From Nocardiopsis rhodophaea (GTDB taxonomy: Bacteria > Actinomycetota > Actinomycetes > Streptosporangiales > Streptosporangiaceae): a stretch of 64,000 nt of DNA. The stretch is taken from positions 123,234-187,233 of the forward strand of contig NZ_BAAAPC010000008.1 in the NCBI RefSeq assembly GCF_039530945.1. The letters run 5' to 3'. Positions 30,996 through 45,310 of the stretch are shown here, in pieces. A program made the translations under genes and the position numbers. Every line of letters begins with the position of its first letter. Within the stretch, counting starts at the first letter, position 1. Under the pieces are notes generated by a model, which saw only the letters and a program-made list of their open reading frames with translations, searched no databases and was not told the origin of the DNA.

Positions 30996-33005
30996 TCACT
31001 GCTTCGTGCCGTTGAGGGCGGCCAGGGGCGCCTCGGCGACGCCGAGGTCCCGCGCGGTGCCCAGCAGTTCGCGCAGCCGGCCCTCGTCGGGGCCGCCCGC
31101 CTGGATGAGCTTCATGAGCAGCGCGGAGATGGTGAGGTTCTTGACGTCCTCGGTGCCGACGGAGCCGAGCAGCCGGGACATGTCCTTGCTGAAGTCGGAC
31201 GAACCGTCGAGCCACGCGCCGCCCAGCGACTGCGCCACGTCGGAGTTCTGCACGAACCCGTCGACGGCCTTGCCCATGCCGATGGAGTTGACCATCCGAT
31301 CGAAGAACATGCCGTCGCCGCCGACGATGTTGATGTCGGCCTTCTCCAGGCCGGTGGCCAGCACCGTGGCCTGGGCTTCGGCGACCTGGCGGTGCACGTC
31401 GATCCCGGCCATGCGGACCTCCTTCTCGGCCTCCAGCCGCAGGCGGTACTCCTCGTGCTCGCGGCTGACCTGGTCAAGGGCGGCCATGGCGCCGGCCTTG
31501 TCGTTCAGGCCCTCGGCCTCGGCCTTGAGCTTCTCGCGGACGGCCTCGGCCTCGACGGCGGCCTTCTCCTTCATCACGGCGGCCTCGGCGCGACCGGTCT
31601 TCTCGATCACCTCGGCGTCCTGCTCGCGGACCTGGACCTCGGCCAGGCCGGCCGCTGCTGCCTCGGCCTGGACGCCTTCGGCGAGCTTGACCTTGGCGCG
31701 GGTGTCGAGCTCGGCCGCCTGCTCGCGGGCCTCGGCCAGGGTCAGCTCCTCGGCGGCCCTGTGCTTGGCGGCGGCCTCAGCGGCCTCGGCCGCCTTGATG
31801 TCCTTGACCAGGTTCTCCTGCGCCTCGGCCTCGGCGTGGATGATGATGGCCTGGCGCTCGCGCTCGGCCTCCTCGACCGCGCGCAGCTTCTTGATGTTCT
31901 CCTCCTGCTCGGCCACGGTCTTCTCGACCGCGATCCGCTCCCGGATAACCTCGGCGACCTCGCGCTTCTCGCCTTCGAGCTCCTTGTCCTTGGCGATGCG
32001 GGACAGCTCGGTTTCGCGCTCGCGGCCGATGACCTCCAGCATCCGGTCCTTCTCGATGCGCTCGGACTCGATGGAGATGACGCGCTCGCGGTTCTTCTCC
32101 GCGACGGCGATCTCCCGCTGCTGGTTCTGGTGCTGGACGCCCAGCTGCTCGTCGGTGCGCAGGTGCGCCTCCTGCGCCTTGAGCCGCTCCTCGGCCTGGA
32201 CCTTGGCGGTCTCGGCCTCCTCCCGGGCCTTGATGCTCTCGATCTCGCGCTTGGCCTTGGCCTCGGCTTCCTCGCGGCGGCGCTCCAGCTCGGCCAGGGT
32301 CTCCGCGGACTCGGTGTCCTGGCGCTGGATCTCCTTCTGCCGCTCGTTCTCCAGCTCGTTGGTGCGCTTGTGCTGCTCGGCGGTGAGGGCGGTGATCTTG
32401 CTGATGCCCTGCGCGTCGAGGATGTTGTCGCGGTCGAGGCGGTGCAGCGGCGTCTGCTCCAGGAAGTCGATCGCCGCTTTCTCGATGTAGTAGCCGTTCA
32501 GCTCGGTGCCGATGAGCGCGATGATCTGGTCGCGGAACTCATCGCGCTTGGTGTAGAGGTCCACGAAGTCGAACTGCTTGCCGACGGTCTTGACGGCCTC
32601 TGAGAACGTCGCGTTGAACAGCTCCTGCAGGGTCTCCTGGTTGCTGGCGCGCTCCGTGCCGATGGACTGGGCGACCTTCAGGACGTCCTGCGGGGTGGGG
32701 TTGATCCCGACATAGAAGGTGATGCTGATGTCCGCGCGGATGTTGTCGCGGCAGATCAGCCCTTCATTGCCGTCGCGCTCGATGAGCATCGTCTTCTGCG
32801 AGATGTCCATGACCTCGGCCTTGTGCAGGACGGGGAGGACAACCGCTCCGGTGAAGGTCACGTCGACCTTCTTCACCTTGGAGATGATCAGCGCCCGGCC
32901 CTGTTCGACCTTGCGGAACAGCCGGGCGATGGTGAAGAGGAGGCCGAGGACGATGAGGAGGGCGGCGGCGAAGAGGACGCCGACGCCGGCGGTGATGGTT
33001 TCCAT
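30996..33005 (-). CDS. Flotillin-like SPFH/band-7 protein with very long Glu/Ala/Lys/Arg-rich coiled coil (669 aa)
   Basis: N-terminal TM anchor (METITAGVGVLFAAALLIVLGLLFTIARLF). The SPFH core has YqiK/FloT-like motifs (…VLPVLHKAEVMDISQKTMLIERDGNEGLICRDNIRADISITFYVGINP…), then a heptad-rich helical region. Confidence 0.75.
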   Translation of the reverse strand: METITAGVGVLFAAALLIVLGLLFTIARLFRKVEQGRALIISKVKKVDVTFTGAVVLPVLHKAEVMDISQKTMLIERDGNEGLICRDNIRADISITFYVGINPTPQDVLKVAQSIGTERASNQETLQELFNATFSEAVKTVGKQFDFVDLYTKRDEFRDQIIALIGTELNGYYIEKAAIDFLEQTPLHRLDRDNILDAQGISKITALTAEQHKRTNELENERQKEIQRQDTESAETLAELERRREEAEAKAKREIESIKAREEAETAKVQAEERLKAQEAHLRTDEQLGVQHQNQQREIAVAEKNRERVISIESERIEKDRMLEVIGRERETELSRIAKDKELEGEKREVAEVIRERIAVEKTVAEQEENIKKLRAVEEAERERQAIIIHAEAEAQENLVKDIKAAEAAEAAAKHRAAEELTLAEAREQAAELDTRAKVKLAEGVQAEAAAAGLAEVQVREQDAEVIEKTGRAEAAVMKEKAAVEAEAVREKLKAEAEGLNDKAGAMAALDQVSREHEEYRLRLEAEKEVRMAGIDVHRQVAEAQATVLATGLEKADINIVGGDGMFFDRMVNSIGMGKAVDGFVQNSDVAQSLGGAWLDGSSDFSKDMSRLLGSVGTEDVKNLTISALLMKLIQAGGPDEGRLRELLGTARDLGVAEAPLAALNGTKQ

Positions 33006-33222
33006 CCAGTGGTCTCTCTAGCGAGGGCGCGGCTCGGGGAATTCGGGGGCCCTGGCGCGCCGGTCGGGCCGCGACACGGCGGGCGGTGCAGGCCGCTGTC
33101 TGTTATCTCGGACGCTGCCACCGGGATGCCGGTTCCCGGCAGTCAGGGATAAAACGGGTATTTCGGGTGTTCTGGTGTCGGTCCGGTCCGCGGGCGCGGG
33201 GACGAGCGCAAGTCCGAGCGCG

Positions 33223-33876
33223 CTACGCCGAGGCGGATCCCGGATCGAGTGATCGGTCGAACGGGGTGACGAGGTAGACCCCGCTGTCGGCGTCGTAATC
33301 GAAGACGAGAGCGGTGTCGCCGGAGGAGAGGGTCTCCCCGCCGATGGTGCGCACCTGCACGATCGACGCCGTGCCGTTCGCCGCGGTGATCTCCGCCTGC
33401 CCGAACGCCTCGTCGGCCCGGCCGGTGCGGATCACGCAGGTCGAGCCGACGAAGTCGGTGTGCGCGGCGCCGGGCTCGTCGCCGGGCAGGAAACGGCGCA
33501 GGCCCATGACAACGCCGCTGGTGACCAGCCACGCGAACAGCACCGCCGCCACCAGGACCACGAGCCCCAGGGCGATGAGCGCGGGTGTGGACGCCTCGTT
33601 CAGATCAAGCAGCACGGTTCCCACCAGGGTCGCGAACCAGGACAGGGTGATCAGTAGGGACAGCACCACGGTGACCGGGACCCCGCTGAGGCCGGTGGCC
33701 GACAGCAGTCCGGAGAGGCCGCCGGCGGTGCCGGTATCCGCGTCGACGTCGACGTCGAGCGCGTCCATGCCGACGGCACCGAGAACCACGAAGATCCAAT
33801 AGGCGAAGACGACCAGCAGCATGAAGCTGAAGAGCGCCGTGGGGAAGCCGAACGCCGTGCTGATGAATTCACCCAT
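33223..33876 (-). CDS. NfeD-like membrane protein with C-terminal OB-fold
   Basis: From ATG at 33876, several TM helices are followed by GQAEITAANGTASIVQVRTIGGETLSSGDTALVFDYDADSGVYLV, typical of the NfeD short-form beta-barrel. Lies 217 nt upstream of the flotillin gene on the same strand. Confidence 0.55.
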   Translation of the reverse strand: MGEFISTAFGFPTALFSFMLLVVFAYWIFVVLGAVGMDALDVDVDADTGTAGGLSGLLSATGLSGVPVTVVLSLLITLSWFATLVGTVLLDLNEASTPALIALGLVVLVAAVLFAWLVTSGVVMGLRRFLPGDEPGAAHTDFVGSTCVIRTGRADEAFGQAEITAANGTASIVQVRTIGGETLSSGDTALVFDYDADSGVYLVTPFDRSLDPGSASA

Positions 33877-34079
33877 GATCTGCCGCGTCGACCCCCCCGT
33901 CGTGGTTGCACACCGCCAGGCGCCGGTGACTGCGGGATGAACCTTATCGAACGCCAGAGACGTTTTGTGAGGCGACGGGATGAATTGTCCGGTTGTGGTC
34001 AACGTGCCGGGCGAGCCGAACCGGACTCGCCCGGCACACGCCGAAGACTACGAATTCCCGACGACGCACAAGGAGCGAA

Positions 34080-34326
34080 CATGCGGGCAGTGTGTGAGCG
34101 GCAGGAGGGCCACAAGCGGACCGGGCGGCAGCTGAGCTACGAGGAGCGGGCCCTGCAGCAGAACCGGAGGTTCGTCCACTGGGGGTGGCTGCTGCCGGTG
34201 AGCGTCGCGATCGGCGCGGTGGCGACGGTGCTCACCGGCGTGAGTGTGTGGACCTCCGCCGGGTGCGCCGCCGGCATCGCGCTGTGGTTCATCGCCGGCG
34301 GCCTCGCGCTGTGGGCGCGGAGGTGA
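34080..34326 (+). CDS. Small two-TM membrane protein
   Basis: AAGGAG RBS 6 nt upstream of ATG at 34080. Hydrophobic helices WLLPVSVAIGAVATVLTGVSVW and IALWFIAGGLALWA. Confidence 0.4.
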
Positions 34327-34660
34327 CGGTGCCGCGTCGGGCCACCCGGACGGCCGCGGCCAGCGCCGCCAGGGTGAGCGTTCCGAAAACCAGGCCGGTA
34401 CCCGCATAACGTGCGGGGGAGTAAGCGCGAAGTCAGCGTGTTTGACGCCGACCAGAATCGCTCGGTGCGTGCGGCTTTCTCCTCAGGCCTTCTCCCCGAG
34501 GTGTCGAAGCACACCAAGCAGCGTGTCGCGGCGTGGGGTCTCGCGCAGCGAACAGCCGCTGGGCAAACCGTCGCATTCGAGATCGAAAAGCTGGAGCCGT
34601 TGGCAGAGCATCCGATCATGCCGGTGCGCGAGATCGCGGGAATCGCTCCCTAGTGGACCG

Positions 34661-35110
34661 ATGGAGAGGATCCCACCGAGTGGGCGCGGGGGCAGCGTGC
34701 GGGGGGTAGCAAGCGCGTCTATCCCGACTCGGACGTGTTGCCTCAACGTCATCCTCGCGCGTAAGGACACCAACCCGGAGCGCTATGAGACCAGCCTCGG
34801 TGTCTTTGAGAAGGGGCAGCGTGGCGACGACCACATCGTCGCTTCGTCACTGATCCGAGCTGAGGTTGGCTGTTCGGGGAGACGGCGATCTTCTGACATA
34901 GGTGCTGCGCAGCGCGATCGTGCTCGCACGACCATCGATGCGTGGTCCGCGCGATCCGGCATACAGATGGTGGCAGTGGAGCGTTTCGTGGTCGACAAGG
35001 CCATCGAATTCGCGTCGGAATATCGCCTGCGGCCGAATGACGCCGTTCACTCGGCGTCTGCGGTGCTGACCCGCTGCGGCTACTTCTTCTGGAACAAGAA
35101 GGACTTCCCG
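34661..35110 (+). pseudogene. Decayed VapC-like PIN-domain toxin gene (frameshifted, no in-frame stop near the domain end)
   Basis: The C-terminal PIN signature RLRPNDAVHSASAVLTRCGYFFWNKKDF is in one frame. The N-terminal acidic motif KRVYPDSDVL is in another frame about 34712-34738. A 1-nt indel near 34738 would join them. A possible antitoxin-like ORF lies upstream at 34411..34653. Confidence 0.35.
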
Positions 35111-35182
35111 ATGGGGCCCCCGCGCATGGCGATGCCCCGGCTCCTCAGCCGGGGCATCGCCATTGCGGCGGAAAGCGGCGCG

Positions 35183-37801
<2,619 letters not shown>

Positions 37802-38026
37802 CGCTTCGCCGCCCCCTAACAGCAGAGTCAGTCCTTGAGGTGGTGTAATCCGAACGTCCGGCCGAAGCCCGCCGGCCCGGTCGCCGCGAAAAAGGTGGGC
37901 CGGGGCGCCGGGTGGAGTCCCGCGGCCGGTGGGGATCGTGTGACGCCCCCAGGCCCTGCGGATCCCCGCTCGCGAGGTGCGGCGGCCCCTCCCGCGATCA
38001 ACGGGAAACCGTGTGCGCCGCGTGGG

Positions 38027-38464
38027 TCACGCGTCGTCTTCGGGGGGAGGCGCGGTATTGAAGATCGTCACACGTGTGTGCCGGAGCGGCAGCAGCTCGT
38101 TGCCCTGCTCCGGCCCGCTCTGGGCCAGCCGACGCGCGACCGCCGTGCGCGCCGCGTCGAGTTCGTTGCGCAGGTGGAAGAGGTGCTCGCGCAGCTCGTC
38201 GACCTCGCGCTGGAGCTCCAGGATGCGCTTGATGCCGGCGAGGTTGATGCCCTCCTCCTGGGACAGCCTCTGCACCTCGCGCAGCATCTGGACGTCGCGC
38301 ATGGAGTAGCGCCGCCCCCGCCCCGCGGCGCGGCCCGGTGAGACCAGTCCGAGCCGGTCGTACTGGCGCAGCGTCTGCGGGTGGAGCCCGGACAGCTCGG
38401 CGGCGACGGAGATCACGTAGACCGGGATGTCCTCGCCGAACCCTCGCTCAGTCATCGCATTCAC
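38027..38464 (-). CDS. hspR: Heat-shock repressor HspR (MerR family)
   Basis: MerR-type HTH ([29 protein letters not shown]) followed by a coiled-coil. Start overlaps the dnaJ stop (ATGA). Confidence 0.8.
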   Translation of the reverse strand: MNAMTERGFGEDIPVYVISVAAELSGLHPQTLRQYDRLGLVSPGRAAGRGRRYSMRDVQMLREVQRLSQEEGINLAGIKRILELQREVDELREHLFHLRNELDAARTAVARRLAQSGPEQGNELLPLRHTRVTIFNTAPPPEDDA

Positions 38465-39615
38465 ATTCCCTTCGCCCGCGTCTCCAAGTCACGGCGCGGG
38501 TCCTGGTCCGCCGTGGCCGCCCGGAACTTCTCCAGGGCGGCGCGGGCGTCCTCGCTCAGCGTCTTGGGTACCGACACCTCAACGGTCACGAGCAGGTCGC
38601 CCTTGGTTCCGTCGCGGCGGTCCGCGCCCTTGCCCCGGACCCGGAACGTGCGCCCGTTCGGCGTGCCCGGGGGGATCTTCACCGTCACCGGCATCCCATT
38701 GAGGGTCGGCACGCGCACATCGGCGCCGAGCGCCGCCTCGGGGAAGGTCACCGGGACGGTGATCGTCAGGTTGTCGCCGGTCTTGCCGAACACTGGGTGC
38801 GGCTGCACATGAACCACCACGTAGAGGTCTCCCGCCGGCCCCCCGTGTTCACCCGGCGCGCCTTTGCCCTTGATCCTGATCCGCTGGCCGTCGGAGACCC
38901 CCGCGGGGATCCTCGTCTGGACCGTACGGGTGCTCTTCCCCCGACCGCTGCCGTTGCACACGGGGCAGGGGTCGTCCACGACGAGCCCGCGCCCCTTGCA
39001 CTGACTGCAGGGCTCTGAGAGGGAGAACCCTCCCAGAATGGTGCTGTCGTGCCCGGTGCCGGAGCACGTGGGGCACATGCGGGGCGCGGACCCGGCCCGG
39101 GCCCCCGTCCCCTTGCAGCTGGCGCAGGCGGCGTCACTGGTCAGCTTGAACGACCGGGTGGCGCCGCGCGCCGCCTCGCTGAAGGTCAGCGTGGTCTCGG
39201 TCTCCACGTCGGCACCGCGCCGCGACCGCGTGCTGGTGCGCCCCCGCCCGCCGAACAGGCCGCCGAACAGGTCGCTCAGCCGCTCGCCGCCGACCCCGCC
39301 GCCGGTCGGGCCGTGCCCGAACAGGTCGCCCATGTCGAATCCGCCCGGACCGGTTCCCCCGCCGGGCTGGTAGGCGCCGCCGAACAGCGACCGCGCCTCG
39401 TCGTACTCCTTGCGGCGCTGTTCGTCCGACAGGACGCTGTAGGCCTCGGAGATCTCCTTGAAGCGCTCTTCGGCCTTCGGATCGGCGGTGTTGGCGTCGG
39501 GGTGGTTTGCGCGCGCGAGCTTGCGATAGGCCTGCTTGATCTCGTCCTGCGTGGCCGTCTTTGAGACCCCGAGGACCTTGTAGTAGTCCTTCTCCAGGTA
39601 GTCCTTGGTGCTCAT
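38461..39615 (-). CDS. dnaJ: Chaperone DnaJ
   Basis: J-domain with HPD (…[13 protein letters not shown]…), G/F-rich region, and four CxxCxGxG zinc-finger repeats. Confidence 0.85.
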   Translation of the reverse strand: MSTKDYLEKDYYKVLGVSKTATQDEIKQAYRKLARANHPDANTADPKAEERFKEISEAYSVLSDEQRRKEYDEARSLFGGAYQPGGGTGPGGFDMGDLFGHGPTGGGVGGERLSDLFGGLFGGRGRTSTRSRRGADVETETTLTFSEAARGATRSFKLTSDAACASCKGTGARAGSAPRMCPTCSGTGHDSTILGGFSLSEPCSQCKGRGLVVDDPCPVCNGSGRGKSTRTVQTRIPAGVSDGQRIRIKGKGAPGEHGGPAGDLYVVVHVQPHPVFGKTGDNLTITVPVTFPEAALGADVRVPTLNGMPVTVKIPPGTPNGRTFRVRGKGADRRDGTKGDLLVTVEVSVPKTLSEDARAALEKFRAATADQDPRRDLETRAKGM

Positions 39616-39744
39616 CGACGCTTGCCTACTCCCGCTTCGCGCTCGTTACCGGTGGGGCGGTGCGGTCCGCGCTACCGATCCTGCCCACTGCTCACCTGGT
39701 TCACCGCCCCGGGTGCCACGCGGGCGCCCGGGGCGGTTCACTCG

Positions 39745-40461
39745 CTACTTCTTGTCGTCGCCGTCGGGCCCGGACTCGGCGGCCGGTGTCTCGGCCGCAC
39801 CCTCCGGGGCGGAGGCCGCCTCCGCGCCACCCTCCGGCTCGGTGCCCTCGTCCTCGGCGGGCCCCGCCACGACCACGCGGGCCGGGCGGATCACCCGTTC
39901 TCCGATGACGTACCCGGGCTGGAACACCTCGATCACTGTCGGGGTGGTGGCACCCGGCGTCGGCACCATCGTCAGGGCCTCGTGCACGGTGGGGTCGAAC
40001 TCGTCGCCCTTGTCCCCGTACTTCTTCAACCCCAGCTTGGTGACCGCGGACTCCAGCGCCTCGCCGACGGACTTGAACCCGCCGTTGAGCTCGTCGTGTT
40101 CGCGGGCCCGCCCGATGTCGTCCAGGATCGGCAGCAGCTCACCCAGAACCTGGGCGAGCCCCTGCTCCCGAACCGCCGCCCGGTCGCGCTCGACCCGCTT
40201 GCGGTAGTTGGCGTACTCGGCCTGCAACCGCTTGAGGTCGTTCATCAGCTCGGCGGCCTGCTGCTTGGCCTCGGCGAGTTCCGCGCTGCTGTCCTCGGCA
40301 GCGGGAACCTCCGCCGTGCCCGCCGATTCGGCCGCCTCCGGGGCGACGGTCTCTCCCGCCTCCGGGGCCCGCAGCTCACCGGTCTCGGGATCGATACGAC
40401 GCTTGTCGCGGATCACCGGGCCCTGCTGCTCGTGACCGTTCTCGTTCTCCGGCAGCGCCAT
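39745..40461 (-). CDS. grpE: Nucleotide exchange factor GrpE
   Basis: Preferred start MALPENENGHEQQGP… (ATG at 40461; the upstream in-frame extension is Arg-rich). GrpE core …AEYANYRKRVERDRAAVREQGLAQVL…. Confidence 0.75.
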   Translation of the reverse strand: MALPENENGHEQQGPVIRDKRRIDPETGELRAPEAGETVAPEAAESAGTAEVPAAEDSSAELAEAKQQAAELMNDLKRLQAEYANYRKRVERDRAAVREQGLAQVLGELLPILDDIGRAREHDELNGGFKSVGEALESAVTKLGLKKYGDKGDEFDPTVHEALTMVPTPGATTPTVIEVFQPGYVIGERVIRPARVVVAGPAEDEGTEPEGGAEAASAPEGAAETPAAESGPDGDDKK

Positions 40462-40498
40462 TCGTTTGCGCCTCCTTGCCTTCCGCGTACCGGACGGA

Positions 40499-42385
<1,887 letters not shown>

Positions 42386-42438
42386 AGTTGAGTCTTACAC
42401 ACGAAAGTTTGCTTCGCCAGGGAGCCGTTGTCAAATCA

Positions 42439-42459
42439 CTTGAGTCTGCTCGGCTCAAG
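42439..42459. promoter_or_regulatory. HspR-associated inverted repeat (HAIR) operator upstream of dnaK
   Basis: CTTGAGT-ctgctcg-GCTCAAG about 55 nt upstream of the dnaK start. Matches the CTTGAGT-N7-ACTCAAG consensus at 13/14 positions. Confidence 0.55.
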
Positions 42460-42856
42460 CCCGCTTACATGCCTCTACAACGGCGGAGTCCGCTGTGTTG
42501 TTCCCGGTAGCGGCGTATTTTGGGGGTCATTTTCGGCAAACCGGGGGGAACTCGGGGAAAGCCGTGACCCGGGCCTCGGGGATGTCCCGGAGCCGGCGTG
42601 CGAGATCGGCCAAAGGCGCGGGAGGACCCCGGCTTCCCCGGGGCGGCGGCTGTGCGGGACGCCGTGAGCTGGGCGTTCGCGGTGTGTCGGCGGGAGTGAG
42701 GCGAGCCTTTGTGATGTTCGCTGGGAGGGGGGTCACTACCGTAGAAGGCAGCTGATCGCCTCGAATGCCGCCGGGCACCCGACCCGGGTGCGGACCACCC
42801 GCGCGACCGGGGTGGGACGTTCTTTCGCGGGCCAGGGGGCGGGGCAATGGCCAGCC

Positions 42857-42874
42857 GGGTATTACTCGCTAGTA
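42857..42874. promoter_or_regulatory. Second copy of the TACTSGCTAGTAACA palindromic operator half-site motif, upstream of the Fe-S reductase gene
   Basis: ATTACTCGCTAGTAACAT is 14/15 identical to the arm of the 25543 palindrome and is itself dyad-symmetric (TTACTcGCtAGTAA). Lies about 65 nt upstream of ATG at 42940. Confidence 0.4.
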
Positions 42875-42939
42875 ACATTTGATCGACCTCCGGTGTGTGG
42901 CGCACCGGAGCACGACAGCAGGATGGGAGGCCGCGGGCG

Positions 42940-45129
42940 ATGCTCTACATGATCCTGGGGATCATCACGACCGCCTTCGCCGTGGTCGGGCTGGCCGTGT
43001 TCGCCATTGGCATCCGCCATATGGTGCGCACCGTGGGCATCGGCCGGCCGATCGAAGGCGAGCGCAAGGGACCCTTTGGTCAGCGACTGACGACCACGCT
43101 GATCGAGACCCTCGGGCACACGCGCATGCTCAAGTGGCGCTGGATCGGCGTCGCGCACTGGTTCGTGATGGTCTCGTTCCCGCTTCTGGCGTTCACGGTC
43201 GCCGAGGCACATGGCGAGGTGTGGAACCCGCAGTTCCACCTCCCGATCATCTACGACTGGACCATCTACGGCCTGGCCGTGGAGGCCATCGCCGCGCTCA
43301 GCCTCGCCGGGATCGTCGGCCTGGCGATCTACCGGCAGGTGAAGGGGCCCCGGACGCTCGGCCGCGCGTCCCGCTTCGAGAACTCCCGGCACTGGCAGGC
43401 CTACTACGTCGAGGCCTACATCGTCGGCCTGCTGGTCGCCATCTTCGTGATCCGCGGGTTCAAGGTCGCGCTCGGCGACTTCCCCTTCCCCGTGTGGGCC
43501 ACCCCGGTCTCCCACGCCGTGGGCGCCGTGCTGCCGCCGAGCGAGGCCGGGCTCGCGCTCGTGGCCGCGTTCAAGCTGATCATCTCCTGGATGTTCTTCA
43601 TGGTGCTGGGCTGGATCCTCACCATGGGTATCGGCTGGCACCGGTTCACCGCGCCGGTCAACATCTACTTCAAGCGCTTCACCAACGGCGACGTCGCGCT
43701 CGGCCCGGCCAAGCAGATGATGGACAAGACCGGGGAGAAGCCGCTCGACTTCGAGGAGGCCGACCCCGACGAGGACCCGTTCGGCGTCGGCAAGATCGAG
43801 GACTTCACCTGGAAGGGCCTGCTCGACTTCACCACCTGCACGGAGTGCGGACGGTGCCAGTCGCAGTGCCCCGCGTGGAACACCGGCAAGCCGCTCTCGC
43901 CCAAGAAGCTGGTCATGGACCTGCGGGAGCACGCCTACGCCAAGGCCCCCTACCTGCTGCAGGGCATCACAGAGGAGACCCTCGCCGAGAAGCAGAAGGA
44001 GGACGAGAGCCACGCCGGCGTCGACGTGCTCTCGCTGCTCGGAGCTCCGCTCGTGGGGACCGAGGAGGAGGGCGGCATCATCCACCCCGACGTCCTGTGG
44101 TCCTGCACCAACTGCGGCGCGTGCGTCGAGCAGTGCCCCGTCGACATCGAGCACGTCGACCACATCCTCGACATGCGCCGCTACCAGGTGATGATCGAGT
44201 CGAACTTCCCCTCCGAGGCGAACACCCTGCTCAAGAACCTGGAGAACAAGGGCAACCCGTGGGGGATGGCCGAGGACAAGCGCCTCGACTGGATCTCCGA
44301 GCTCGACTTCGAGGTCCCCGTCGTCGAGGACAAGCTCCCCGAGGGCACCGAGTACCTGTTCTGGGTGGGGTGCGCCGGCGCCCTGGAGGACCGAGCGAAG
44401 AAGACCACCAAGGCCATCGCCGAACTGCTGCACATGGCCGGCGTCAAGTTCGCGGTGCTCGGCGGTATGGAGGCGTGCACCGGTGACCCGGCGCGCCGCC
44501 TGGGTATGGAGTTCATCTTCCAGATGCTCGCCCAGCAGAACGTGGAGACGCTGAACGAGGTCGGCGCCACCAAGATCGTGGCCAGCTGCCCGCACTGCTT
44601 CAACACGCTCGGCAACGAGTACCCGCAGCTCGGCGGTGAATACGACGTCATCCACCACAGCCAGCTGCTGGCCAAGCTGGTGGAGGACGGCCGACTCACG
44701 CCGGTCCAACCGATCGAGGAGAACATCACCTACCACGACCCCTGCTTCCTGGGCCGCCACAACAAGGTCTACACGCCGCCCCGCGACATCATGGCGCAGG
44801 TCCCCGGCATCCAGACCAAGGAGATGCACCGGCACAAGGAGCGCGGGTTCTGCTGTGGCGCGGGTGGTGCCCGGATGTGGATGGAGGAGCGGATCGGCAA
44901 GCGCGTCAACACCGAGCGGGTGGACGAGGCGCTGACGACCAACCCCGACACCGTGTCCACCGCGTGCCCGTTCTGCCAGGTCATGCTGGGCGACGCGATC
45001 AACGAGAAGAAGTCCAAGGGCGAGGCCAAGGAGACCCTGGAGGTCGTGGACGTCTCGCAGCTCCTGCTCCGGTCGGTGAAGGGCGACACGCCCACCAGCG
45101 ACGCCGAACCGGAGAAGGAGAACGCCTAG
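42940..45129 (+). CDS. Membrane-anchored (Fe-S)-binding oxidoreductase (heterodisulfide-reductase-related, Rv0338c-like)
   Basis: GGGAGG RBS precedes ATG at 42940. N-terminal 5-6 TM helices, then two CxxCxxCxxxCP ferredoxin-like clusters (CTECGRCQSQCP, CTNCGACVEQCP) and CCG-type Cys-rich domains (…ASCPHCFNTLG…, …GFCCGAGG…, …STACPFCQ…). Confidence 0.7.
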   Translation: MLYMILGIITTAFAVVGLAVFAIGIRHMVRTVGIGRPIEGERKGPFGQRLTTTLIETLGHTRMLKWRWIGVAHWFVMVSFPLLAFTVAEAHGEVWNPQFHLPIIYDWTIYGLAVEAIAALSLAGIVGLAIYRQVKGPRTLGRASRFENSRHWQAYYVEAYIVGLLVAIFVIRGFKVALGDFPFPVWATPVSHAVGAVLPPSEAGLALVAAFKLIISWMFFMVLGWILTMGIGWHRFTAPVNIYFKRFTNGDVALGPAKQMMDKTGEKPLDFEEADPDEDPFGVGKIEDFTWKGLLDFTTCTECGRCQSQCPAWNTGKPLSPKKLVMDLREHAYAKAPYLLQGITEETLAEKQKEDESHAGVDVLSLLGAPLVGTEEEGGIIHPDVLWSCTNCGACVEQCPVDIEHVDHILDMRRYQVMIESNFPSEANTLLKNLENKGNPWGMAEDKRLDWISELDFEVPVVEDKLPEGTEYLFWVGCAGALEDRAKKTTKAIAELLHMAGVKFAVLGGMEACTGDPARRLGMEFIFQMLAQQNVETLNEVGATKIVASCPHCFNTLGNEYPQLGGEYDVIHHSQLLAKLVEDGRLTPVQPIEENITYHDPCFLGRHNKVYTPPRDIMAQVPGIQTKEMHRHKERGFCCGAGGARMWMEERIGKRVNTERVDEALTTNPDTVSTACPFCQVMLGDAINEKKSKGEAKETLEVVDVSQLLLRSVKGDTPTSDAEPEKENA

Positions 45130-45310
45130 GGGCGCCGAGCCGCGGCTGGCCGCGGGGCCGCCGCACCCGTGCGGCCGCCGTTTACGGCGATGGGGGATCA
45201 GGAGAGTGGTTCGACCGCTCCCTGGTCCCCCTTTTTCTTTCCGCGCGGGAAGCACGGAGCGCGAAAGGACACGGAGATCCGGGTGACGCGTCGCGCGGTG
45301 CGGAGGGCAC

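Noticed and set aside
26623-32490. 1955-aa plus-strand ORF, and similar long ORFs: 19945..21330 +, 17634..18914 -, 34244..36061 +, 40466..42391 +, 20684..22033 -, 22015..23412 -, 23692..25572 +, 25589..27694 -, 42862..45441 -, 52620..55091 -, 55625..56854 -
   Set aside because: These are antisense to well-supported genes. Their translations are Arg/Gly/Pro/Ala-dominated with low GC3, the typical artefact of stop-codon-poor high-GC DNA.
37802-37870. Possible HspR HAIR operator upstream of clpB
   Set aside because: Only GAGTCAGTCCTTGAGG is present. There is no properly oriented CTTGAGT/ACTCAAG inverted pair, so no operator is called.
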